A stretch of 45,168 nucleotides of DNA, from UHGV virus genome UHGV-0041136; one strand, 5' to 3'. This document shows, piece by piece, positions 34,761 to 42,199 of this stretch. Origin of the DNA: a virus. The notes under the pieces are model-generated. The model saw nothing but the letters and a program-made list of their open reading frames with translations, had not been told where the DNA came from and did not search any database. Within the stretch, counting starts at the first letter, position 1. Each line of letters starts with the position of its first letter. Position numbers and translations under genes: made by a program.

Positions 34761-35374
34761 TACGCGGCCTCCAGTCTCGAGATAACCAGTAATGCGGATG
34801 GGGCTGTCCCCCATGCAGTTACAGTAGCCGCTTGCGGGTATACGCCACCAAAGTTGCTTCCGGAACTATCACGCATAATCTGAACGGCAAACGTCTGGCC
34901 TGCGGTCGGGTTAATAACAACGCGAGACTCAATCGGAATCGTTACGTCGGCGCTAACCAGTTTCGTGGCAGCCGGCGAGCCGTACTGAGCGCCGTTAATG
35001 AGGATACGCGACAACAGGATAGATGTACCGCTCGCTCCAGTGCGCCCTGCCTGTAACTTGATGCGAACGGCGTAGTTACCCGCGGTGTTGAACGTAACAA
35101 GCCCCGCCGCATTAATCATTACCGGGTCAGACGCGCTTCCCTGAGCGGAGCCGAAAGTTAACTGCAATGCCGTATCTACTGCAGTGGGCGCTTGGGTTAC
35201 GGTAGACGCAGCACGGAGAACTTCAACCTCTTTAACACCAGGCGTGGCGTAAATAGGTGAGTCCGCCATCTGCATCATTACCTCGCGTAACTTCTCGGGT
35301 GTGATAAGCCCGGTGGTGTTATCGGGAAGATTCGCTCCGATAAGGGTAAACATCTCTGTTTTAGTCTTCGCCAT
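34760..35374 (-). CDS. structural protein of unknown role
   Basis: 204 aa, T/A/G-rich; between capsid and tail genes. Confidence 0.4.
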   Translation of the reverse strand: MAKTKTEMFTLIGANLPDNTTGLITPEKLREVMMQMADSPIYATPGVKEVEVLRAASTVTQAPTAVDTALQLTFGSAQGSASDPVMINAAGLVTFNTAGNYAVRIKLQAGRTGASGTSILLSRILINGAQYGSPAATKLVSADVTIPIESRVVINPTAGQTFAVQIMRDSSGSNFGGVYPQAATVTAWGTAPSALLVISRLEAA

Positions 35375-35376
35375 TT

Positions 35377-35889
35377 TTAACCCCGGTACACGTTAAATGA
35401 GAAGCCATTGTTAAGACCGCCACACAGTAACGGGCGTAAGGCGTCGTCGGCGGCAGTAATAGCTGTAGTAGCGCCACTGTTGCCGTTGTTGAAGTACGTC
35501 ACTGTCACCGCGCCCTCGACACGCTCAGTCTGCACGGAGCGCCCATCAGAGTTAGCCCGAACCTCAGTACCCGCGCCATATGTAGCGGCGGCAGTTACCT
35601 GCGCAAGAATCACCTGCTTCGGGATGGCATTGTTAGCTACCGGGAATCCATTCAACGTTACACCAGTGCGAGGGTACGCCAGAGACTGTTCAGCGGATAC
35701 ACGACGACCGCACATCTGCGGCTCTGCAAGCCCGACATAAGTAGCGCCGTTTCGCAGGGCGACCTCTGCGACGGTATCGTCAGCGGGTAACTCCAGACCA
35801 TAATTAGCCGCTAACGCGCGGGCGTCGGCCAGACTAATGTAACTGTCGGCATTCGGGACGATTGCCCCAGTTTCCACGATTAGCGGCAT
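35377..35889 (-). CDS. structural / head-tail adaptor candidate
   Basis: ATG 35889 with GAGGAA SD; synteny. Confidence 0.4.
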   Translation of the reverse strand: MPLIVETGAIVPNADSYISLADARALAANYGLELPADDTVAEVALRNGATYVGLAEPQMCGRRVSAEQSLAYPRTGVTLNGFPVANNAIPKQVILAQVTAAATYGAGTEVRANSDGRSVQTERVEGAVTVTYFNNGNSGATTAITAADDALRPLLCGGLNNGFSFNVYRG

Positions 35890-35892
35890 AAA

Positions 35893-36072
35893 TTATTCCT
35901 CTGACTTACGGCGACGACGCTTAGTACCACCGCCGTTGTTGTGCGCTTCTTCGTTGTCTGGTTGAGTCGCAACCAGTTCATCCGCTTCTACCACACCGCG
36001 AACAGGCATCACCTGACCATCAACAACATCAACGTGGGTGTACTTTTCGCGGATTACATAATTATCTGCCAT
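35893..36072 (-). CDS. small protein (59 aa) with basic C-terminus
   Basis: MADNYVIREKYTHVDVVDG...GGGTKRRRRKSEE; stop provides the SD for the next gene. Confidence 0.35.
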   Translation of the reverse strand: MADNYVIREKYTHVDVVDGQVMPVRGVVEADELVATQPDNEEAHNNGGGTKRRRRKSEE

Positions 36073-36108
36073 GACCTTTCCTTATTACGGCCCCGAAGGG
36101 CCGTTGTA

Positions 36109-36453
36109 TTAAGACACAGTTGCTACAGTGCTGCTGGAGATAATATTACCATACACATCGTGAACAACCACTTTATACGTGCCGGAATCGGTAGATGCGA
36201 CAGTGGTGGACTTGGTGTACGTAGCCTCGGTAGCGCCCGCGATGGCGTTGTTATTCTTATACCACTGGTAGGAATAAGGCGCCAGACCGCCAGTTACCAC
36301 AACGGTGAGAGTCAATGCGGCGGGTGCGGTAACCTCTGTAGTAGCGTTAAGTGGGGTAGAAAAAGACGCGGGAGAAATAGTCGCCATGTCAATCTTAGCG
36401 CCCGGGGCGTCAGCGGAGACGCCGGTGATGCGTCGCTTCAATACGTCTGCCAT
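36109..36453 (-). CDS. Ig-like domain protein (head decoration candidate)
   Basis: LTLTVVVTGGLAPYSYQWYKNN...TYKVVVHDVYGN fits an Ig-like pattern; follows capsid gene. Confidence 0.5.
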   Translation of the reverse strand: MADVLKRRITGVSADAPGAKIDMATISPASFSTPLNATTEVTAPAALTLTVVVTGGLAPYSYQWYKNNNAIAGATEATYTKSTTVASTDSGTYKVVVHDVYGNIISSSTVATVS

Positions 36454-36469
36454 TTAGGAATCCTCTTAG

Positions 36470-36497
36470 TAAATGAAAAGAGGGACCGAAGTCCCTC
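36470..36497 (-). terminator. hairpin GAGGGAC-cgaa-GTCCCTC + T-run just after the capsid gene (attenuator)
   Basis: minus transcript reads the hairpin then TTTTCATTT. Confidence 0.45.
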
Positions 36498-36514
36498 TCG
36501 ATTATAGCTTAACC

Positions 36515-37564
36515 TTAAGACCCGACACCAGTTACCAGGAAGGCAATCGGTACGTGCTTACGCTCAACCACACGGTTCCAGTTGGAGGCATTCGCCAGGT
36601 CCTGCCATGAAGCAGAGCGCGGGGTGGTCTCAGTACCGTTACCAGTGATTACCTCGCTTGTGAAGCTGTAGCCAAACGGATGCAGCAGCCAGGTCTTACG
36701 GGTCCACAGGGTTTCAACACCACCACCGTTGCCGCGAGACGCTTCGCGTTCGTATTCCAGCGGGTTGGACGGATTGCCTTCACCGTAACCGATAGCGCCG
36801 TTGCCGAAGATGATGGAGATGAACTTACGGGTCGGGCCAGTGCCGACTACGGTCATGCTGTCGTCAACAATCACGCGGTAGCCCTGGTAGGTGGCAAACA
36901 TGGTGTTGTTGTCAGCGTCACGGATGAAGTCGATAAGCTGCTGCTTACGTGCCTGCGCATAAACGAAGCTGTGCATCGCGATAGCACCCAGCACTTCCCC
37001 GCCGTTGCCCATCAGCGCATCGCCCATAGTCTGGGTAGCGTCGATAAACGCGCCGGAGTCGAAGCCCAGAGAAGCAGACACGGCTACAACCATGTCGTTC
37101 TGCTCGTGGTAGGCATCGGTAGCGGCTACGTTGTCATTGTACAGACCGAGCGCGGTGGCGATCAGACGGCGTTGTGCCTGGCGTTGCCAGAAGTTATCCA
37201 GGCGAGAAGCCACGGATTGCAGCGGGTTCTGGCTGGTAAGTTCTACAGTCAGGTCCGCCTGACCGAAACCTTCGTTCAGGTACGCAACGCGCGCCATCAT
37301 CTCGCCGTTTTGGACATTACGCGGGGTTGCGATGTCCTGGTATACGTCGTTCGAGTAGTTAGGCTCGATGGAAGTGTCAATCGCTTTCCAGAAAGGAATA
37401 TTAGCGACGTTGGACGGGCCGCGGGCAATCTCGGCAGCGTATGGAGTCGGGGTCAGAATACCGGACTGGAAGAACGCGGTTTTTTCTACCGGGTCCTCGG
37501 TCATATAAGACGCCAGGACCGGGATGTTGCCAGTTACGATATCGCCGATAGTGGTAATTGCCAT
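36515..37564 (-). CDS. major capsid protein
   Basis: 349 aa directly after scaffold gene with GAGGAAA SD; followed by attenuator hairpin. Confidence 0.65.
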   Translation of the reverse strand: MAITTIGDIVTGNIPVLASYMTEDPVEKTAFFQSGILTPTPYAAEIARGPSNVANIPFWKAIDTSIEPNYSNDVYQDIATPRNVQNGEMMARVAYLNEGFGQADLTVELTSQNPLQSVASRLDNFWQRQAQRRLIATALGLYNDNVAATDAYHEQNDMVVAVSASLGFDSGAFIDATQTMGDALMGNGGEVLGAIAMHSFVYAQARKQQLIDFIRDADNNTMFATYQGYRVIVDDSMTVVGTGPTRKFISIIFGNGAIGYGEGNPSNPLEYEREASRGNGGGVETLWTRKTWLLHPFGYSFTSEVITGNGTETTPRSASWQDLANASNWNRVVERKHVPIAFLVTGVGS

Positions 37565-37566
37565 TA

Positions 37567-38268
37567 TTATTTCCTCAGGGCTTTAAGTTGCCGTTCAAAT
37601 TCGGCAGGGTTCGATTTATACAGAGCTAAACGCTCCGCTTCACTCATGTCTTTAAACGCTGGTGCGGCCCCGCCGCCTTTGCTACCGGAAGCCCCGCCGC
37701 CGGAAGCTGCATTTGCTTTAATCAAATGCGAAAACGCTTTGTGTTCACGCAGGTATTTGCGGAACTGTTCCGGGTCAGTCGTGATTACATTACCGTCTGC
37801 GCCGACAAACTTAGTAACCACATCATCACCTTCGAACTCAGTCTTAACGAACGGAGCAAGAATGTCCACTGCTTCCGGGGTAATAAAGTCACCCGCGAAA
37901 GAGCCTAACACCGCTTTACGTTCGCTGCCGAGGATGCGCTCCGCCATTCTGGAGATACGACCATCTTTCTCAGCTAACACCGGGTCATACTGGCTACGAA
38001 TCGTTTTTTCGAACTCGTCCATCTTACCGGCGGCTTTTAACGCCTCCTGGTGTGCGCGCTGCCGTTCTTCTTCGGCCTCTTTCGCTTTACGAGCGGCTTC
38101 TTTCTTCTCCGCCAGCAATGCGTCCTGATTGGCCTTAAGCCCGGCGACTTCTTTCTCAATCAGCGCCTGAACTTCTTCAGCGGTGAACATTTTCGGCGCA
38201 TCACCGCCGCCAGCTTTATCTTCTGCTCCAGCTTCTTCCTGGAACGGATAACGTAAAAAACGATTCAT
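37567..38268 (-). CDS. scaffolding protein
   Basis: ATG 38268 (track begins at GTG 38322); charged alpha-helical A/E/K-rich 234 aa upstream of capsid gene. Confidence 0.55.
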   Translation of the reverse strand: MNRFLRYPFQEEAGAEDKAGGGDAPKMFTAEEVQALIEKEVAGLKANQDALLAEKKEAARKAKEAEEERQRAHQEALKAAGKMDEFEKTIRSQYDPVLAEKDGRISRMAERILGSERKAVLGSFAGDFITPEAVDILAPFVKTEFEGDDVVTKFVGADGNVITTDPEQFRKYLREHKAFSHLIKANAASGGGASGSKGGGAAPAFKDMSEAERLALYKSNPAEFERQLKALRK

Positions 38269-38350
38269 AGTCAGTATGTCCCCTGGACGTTGGAACCCGG
38301 GCCACCCGGATTTACATGTCAAGAATAAATTATTCCAACATGCAAGGCAA

Positions 38351-38614
38351 CTATTCCAGAATATTCCTCACGTAATCCTGCAACATGAACACTTTCAGGC
38401 GCAATTGCCGTACACATTCGGCGTTCTGAACGTCGATAGCCAAATCCTCGTCGGCGTCGCTACTTGGCGGGGCCAGTTTGCACGGCGGCTGCATCATCGT
38501 CGTATCCGGGGATGGAATTGGCGTTTGCGACGGCGCGGGACTTGAGCTGCACGCGCTCAGGGTCAAAAGTGCACATGCTGCGACCAGGCGTTTTAATGTA
38601 CTTAACGACTTCAC
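38351..38614 (-). CDS. o-spanin candidate (outer-membrane lipoprotein, Rz1-like)
   Basis: GTG 38614 with GAGGTGA SD; signal + lipobox ...ALLTLSAC; proline-rich mature part; overlaps the i-spanin gene in another frame. Confidence 0.55.
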   Translation of the reverse strand: MKSLSTLKRLVAACALLTLSACSSSPAPSQTPIPSPDTTMMQPPCKLAPPSSDADEDLAIDVQNAECVRQLRLKVFMLQDYVRNILE

Positions 38615-38846
38615 GGGTGATCACCTCTGATTTCGTCTTGCCTTCGTTGTCAGCGGCGGCGGCCTTTGATTCGTCCTGCTGCTGCCGTTGTGTTTTCTTC
38701 GCTAACTCGGCCTGGGCTTTTTGCTGTTGCTGCGAAACGAGATTCGCCCGACCCTCGTTCCAGCCGATGCGATACTGGTAGATGCCGTGTGCGTAAGCCA
38801 GGATGATGAAACATGCTCCCGCTACGACAGTTGCTTTAAGATTCAT
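38460..38846 (-). CDS. i-spanin candidate (Rz-like)
   Basis: ATG 38846 with AAGGAG SD; N-terminal TM helix then Q/A/K-rich periplasmic helical region. Confidence 0.55.
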   Translation of the reverse strand: MNLKATVVAGACFIILAYAHGIYQYRIGWNEGRANLVSQQQQKAQAELAKKTQRQQQDESKAAAADNEGKTKSEVITREVVKYIKTPGRSMCTFDPERVQLKSRAVANANSIPGYDDDAAAVQTGPAK

Positions 38847-39096
38847 GTTTCTCCTTTCTCGATAAGTAAAGCCCCGCCATAAAGCGGGGCGCTAGTCCTT
38901 ATCATTTAAACATAGAAACGGCGTAATCTCAGTAAACCAGTTACTTTTTACACAAGCAATAGAGTATGGCCCTTCCGAACGCGTCAGCGTAACTACACTC
39001 AGGACTTACGTCCCGCTCCGTTACCTGCCCGCGCCGCGGTCGCTTGCGATATCTCACAAGCTCAGGTGGAGCTTATCATATTTTTAGTGAAAAGTC

Positions 39097-39112
39097 AACT
39101 ATTCGAATAGTT
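39097..39112. repeat. perfect 16-bp palindrome AACTATTCGAATAGTT
   Basis: read directly; contains the CTATT/AATAG half-sites in everted arrangement, about 55 bp upstream of the promoter at 39165. Confidence 0.45.
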
Positions 39113-39163
39113 TATTCCAACATTTACAATTGAGCGGAATAACTGGAATAGGTAAACAAATAG

Positions 39164-39215
39164 TTTGCAGACACCAATATAATAGGGTACTATTCAGTTA
39201 ACTTAAACAGGAGGT
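39164..39215 (+). repeat. 52-bp direct repeat, copy 1 (promoter + leader + SD of cassette B)
   Basis: identical by eye to 41828..41879. Confidence 0.6.
39165..39194 (+). promoter_or_regulatory. conserved promoter element (-35 TTGCAG, 17 bp, -10 TACTAT) with AATAGggtaCTATT
   Basis: TTGCAGacaccaatatAATAGggTACTATTcag then AGGAGG and ATG 39221. Confidence 0.5.
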
Positions 39216-39220
39216 AGTAT

Positions 39221-40033
39221 ATGCAACATGTGATCAGTTTTTCAGGCGGCAGGACATCAGCGTACACAACCCTTGAAGTGCTTAAACTTCACCCCGATGC
39301 TGAGGTCATCTATATGGACACCGGGGCGGAGCACCCCAAGACCTACGAGTTCATCCGCAATTTTGCTAAGCACTTTAATATTGCAGTGACGTGCCTCAGG
39401 GTTGTTCCTAACCCGGAGATGCGTAAGGCCAGCACCTATGAAGTCCTTAGCGTAGATGAAATAGGTCCTGACCTGGAGCCATGGCGCAGAATGCTGCGCA
39501 AGTACGGCCACCCATACGTCGGTGGCGCGTTCTGCACAGACCGGATGAAGACGGTGCCGTTCACCAAATACTGTGACGAGAAATACGGTAAAGGCAAATA
39601 CGACAGATGGCTTGGCATCCGCTGTGATGAACCTAAGCGCCTGGTAAACAGGAAAGAGGGGTTCCACTATCTTGCAGACATCAGCGACTTCGAAAAACAG
39701 GACATTATTGACTGGTGGGCAAACCAGGAATTTGACCTTGGTATAGAGGAGCACTTGGGTAACTGTGTTTTTTGTATTAAAAAGAGCCTACAAAAAGTAG
39801 CACTGGCCGCTAAGGATGAACCACAGTTGGCTGAACAATTTTGGGAAATGATTCAGGAAGAAGACATAAAGCGGGATAAGGTTATGTACCGGTCCAACAG
39901 AAGCCTCGGCGAGGTTATCGCGCTGTTCCGGGATGAGGGTAGGGGTGAGCTTGCGTCTCGTATGCGGTCAATGCGGCAGTACGACACAGGGTCATGTAGC
40001 GAAAGTTGTGAGGCGTTTGGGGGTGGCGAATGA
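39221..40033 (+). CDS. PAPS-reductase-like PP-loop ATP pyrophosphatase family protein
   Basis: PP-loop ISFSGGRTS at N-terminus, YMDTGAEHPKTYEF, GAFCTDRMKTVPF; Cys-rich C-terminus GNCVFC...GSCSESC. Confidence 0.65.
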   Translation: MQHVISFSGGRTSAYTTLEVLKLHPDAEVIYMDTGAEHPKTYEFIRNFAKHFNIAVTCLRVVPNPEMRKASTYEVLSVDEIGPDLEPWRRMLRKYGHPYVGGAFCTDRMKTVPFTKYCDEKYGKGKYDRWLGIRCDEPKRLVNRKEGFHYLADISDFEKQDIIDWWANQEFDLGIEEHLGNCVFCIKKSLQKVALAAKDEPQLAEQFWEMIQEEDIKRDKVMYRSNRSLGEVIALFRDEGRGELASRMRSMRQYDTGSCSESCEAFGGGE

Positions 40034-40251
40034 TTACCGAAAAGCACGACAATGGCTCCATTTCTATTGATACCAATGATGGAAGGCATTTCTTTGCCCA
40101 CTTCATTAATGGCTCGTACAACTTGATAGAGGTTGTATCTGGCGGTTGTGTGGGAATAGGCAGAATTAAAGACGAGGAAAACATTAATCGCATAATACTG
40201 AGATGGGTCGAGCTTAACAAAGAGGTTCCACTCGCAGAGCCACTTAAATAA
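40030..40251 (+). CDS. hypothetical small protein coupled to the PAPS-reductase-like gene
   Basis: ATGA overlap. Confidence 0.45.
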   Translation: MITEKHDNGSISIDTNDGRHFFAHFINGSYNLIEVVSGGCVGIGRIKDEENINRIILRWVELNKEVPLAEPLK

Positions 40252-40255
40252 AACT

Positions 40256-40280
40256 AAGGCCCCACTATGGGGCCTTTTAT
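40256..40280. terminator. bidirectional terminator AAGGCCCC-actat-GGGGCCTT + TTTT
   Basis: A-run on one side, T-run on the other; between convergent gene ends. Confidence 0.55.
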
Positions 40281-40741
40281 CATTCTGGCTTAGTAACCTT
40301 CGCCGCCTTGCTTACCGCCTCTACACCATCGGTATCGGTAACTTTAACGAAGTATTCGCCGACAGCATTAACCGTCAGAGACAAAGCCTCTTCAGGTGCG
40401 TTGACAACTTCCTTTCCGTCTTTGTACCAGGTCAGAGCATATGGCGCTTTCCCCGCTTTAACTTCGACAGTGATAGTTGCGCTGCCGTCGGTCAGTTCAA
40501 CGTCCTGCGGTTGCACAGAGAAGTACACGTCACCAGCGTCCGCCAGATACGGAATCTCGTAAAGCATGCCCGCCGCGGGTAGCGCAATACCGGTTTTATC
40601 CGCAAACGGCATATCGTCTACCGGTGTACCTAGTACACTTTCATCTTCAATAAACACCACGTTCTCGCCGGAGCCAGATACGCGGGCGTACTGGACTACA
40701 CGACGTGATGGCACATCAGTTACTTTGAAAAAGCCCATCAT
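40280..40741 (-). CDS. Ig-like domain protein
   Basis: ITVEVKAGKAPYALTWYKDGKEV...EYFVKVTDTDG matches the Ig-like pattern also seen at 36109..36453. Confidence 0.5.
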   Translation of the reverse strand: MMGFFKVTDVPSRRVVQYARVSGSGENVVFIEDESVLGTPVDDMPFADKTGIALPAAGMLYEIPYLADAGDVYFSVQPQDVELTDGSATITVEVKAGKAPYALTWYKDGKEVVNAPEEALSLTVNAVGEYFVKVTDTDGVEAVSKAAKVTKPE

Positions 40742-41784
40742 TAATCCCCTTTCAGATAATCAGCAACACGTTTATCGAGTTCCGCCATCTGCTTAAGCGT
40801 GAGCGGATTCCCGAAACCATCTACAGATATTACGCGAAACTCTTCCGGTGATATACCGCTGTTACGGAAAATCTTACCGCGAACAGGGCCGAGCGCTTCA
40901 TCCTGAAACCATGCGGGTTGTTGCTTAAGGAACTCGTAGTAAGTGGTGTCTGCGCTCACCTGAGTACCGCCATCCGCACCTTTAGCCGCTCGTTTCGCCC
41001 CTTTATCGAGGAAGTCGAACTCTGAACTGATTACTGGGGCCGTGGTACTTCGGCAATTCGGATGGGCGGGTGGCATTGGGCCTCTACCGATTTCCCACGT
41101 CATCCCGTCTCTGGCTCTGCAAATTGTACTAGTGCGGCTGTCCAGCGTTGACACCCACTCGTACTTCTCGATGATGTCGTCGTTCTGGCGATACGTCTCG
41201 TTACGTGCTTCGTTGGATATGTGGGACAGCGCGGTGCGGATTACCGTAGCTGCATTACGTTCAGTGATGTCCGCCAGCCCGCCGGCACCAACAACATTCT
41301 TAACAATCTGCCGTGTAGTCTGGCCTTGGACAAAGCCCATCTTAACGCCGGCTACCAGGCGCGATACTTCTGTTTCACCCCAGCCCGACATCAGCTTAGT
41401 GAAGTCAACCGGCTTATCACTTAGTGACAGAGGCTGAAACTCGGCAGCGGCCCACACTTGTTCCGCGGTGGGGGTAACGAATTCCGCGTTAACGTTGGCT
41501 GCCAGCGTTTTTACGTTCCACTCAGCCTCATACGCCGCCAGTTCCTTAAGGTCTTCTGTCAGCTTTGTTTGCCAGTCACCTGTAAGCCCTGTCAGTGCTT
41601 CTTCGAGGTCACGTAACAGTTTATTTAGCCGAGCAGTGCTTCGCCCGTCGTCGCCGAATAACAGCACCTGTCGTTTGATTTCGTCCCGCATTTCCTGAAT
41701 GAATGGTGCGAGGTCTTTCACTTCACCGGACGCGGTGCGTTGTAGCCATATCTGGTGACTGATTAAGGATGTAAGTAAGCTCAT
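40741..41784 (-). CDS. head morphogenesis protein (Mu F / SPP1 gp7-like minor head protein)
   Basis: ATG 41784 with GGAGGG SD (track extends to 41841 across the opposing promoter); motif STLDSRTSTICRARDGMTW...PPAHPNCRSTT. Confidence 0.6.
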   Translation of the reverse strand: MSLLTSLISHQIWLQRTASGEVKDLAPFIQEMRDEIKRQVLLFGDDGRSTARLNKLLRDLEEALTGLTGDWQTKLTEDLKELAAYEAEWNVKTLAANVNAEFVTPTAEQVWAAAEFQPLSLSDKPVDFTKLMSGWGETEVSRLVAGVKMGFVQGQTTRQIVKNVVGAGGLADITERNAATVIRTALSHISNEARNETYRQNDDIIEKYEWVSTLDSRTSTICRARDGMTWEIGRGPMPPAHPNCRSTTAPVISSEFDFLDKGAKRAAKGADGGTQVSADTTYYEFLKQQPAWFQDEALGPVRGKIFRNSGISPEEFRVISVDGFGNPLTLKQMAELDKRVADYLKGD

Positions 41785-41827
41785 ATGCCCTCCTGTGGTA
41801 TCGCCAGTGTAACGCATAAAAATAATA

Positions 41828-41879
41828 TTTGCAGACACCAATATAATAGGGTACTATTCAGTTAACTTAAACAGGAGGT
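41828..41879 (+). repeat. 52-bp direct repeat, copy 2 (promoter + leader + SD of cassette C)
   Basis: identical by eye to 39164..39215. Confidence 0.6.
41829..41858 (+). promoter_or_regulatory. conserved promoter element (-35 TTGCAG, 17 bp, -10 TACTAT) with AATAGggtaCTATT
   Basis: same sequence as 39165..39194; ATG 41885. Confidence 0.5.
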
Positions 41880-41884
41880 GAAAA

Positions 41885-42169
41885 ATGTCTCACAAATTTA
41901 AAGGTACGGACGGTGAATGGGTTAATCTCGGAACAGCTATCTGGGCGGGTGACGTTTATGTGGCGGAGGTAATGAGTATGCGGGAGAAGTCCTCAGTAAA
42001 ATTGGCTAACGCAAAACTTATCTCCTCGGCGCCTGAATTACTTGAAGCCCTTCGCCAGCTTCGCGATTACGTCGAGGATGTTTGCGCTGTATCTTCCGAT
42101 GATTGTCATGAGGATCACCCATTAAATCAGGCCAGCAGAGCAATCAAGAAAGCATTAGGAAAGCAATAA
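41885..42169 (+). CDS. hypothetical protein (cassette C cargo)
   Basis: single gene flanked by conserved promoter and bidirectional terminator. Confidence 0.5.
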   Translation: MSHKFKGTDGEWVNLGTAIWAGDVYVAEVMSMREKSSVKLANAKLISSAPELLEALRQLRDYVEDVCAVSSDDCHEDHPLNQASRAIKKALGKQ

Positions 42170-42173
42170 AACT

Positions 42174-42199
42174 AAGGCCCCTTTTGGGGCCTTTTCTTT
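42174..42199. terminator. bidirectional terminator AAGGCCCC-tttt-GGGGCCTT + T-run
   Basis: between stop 42169 (plus) and portal stop 42198 (minus). Confidence 0.55.

Noticed and set aside
36680-38128. 482-aa plus-strand ORF overlapping the capsid and scaffold genes
   Set aside because: Antisense to two well-supported structural genes; R/G/A-rich translation without motifs.
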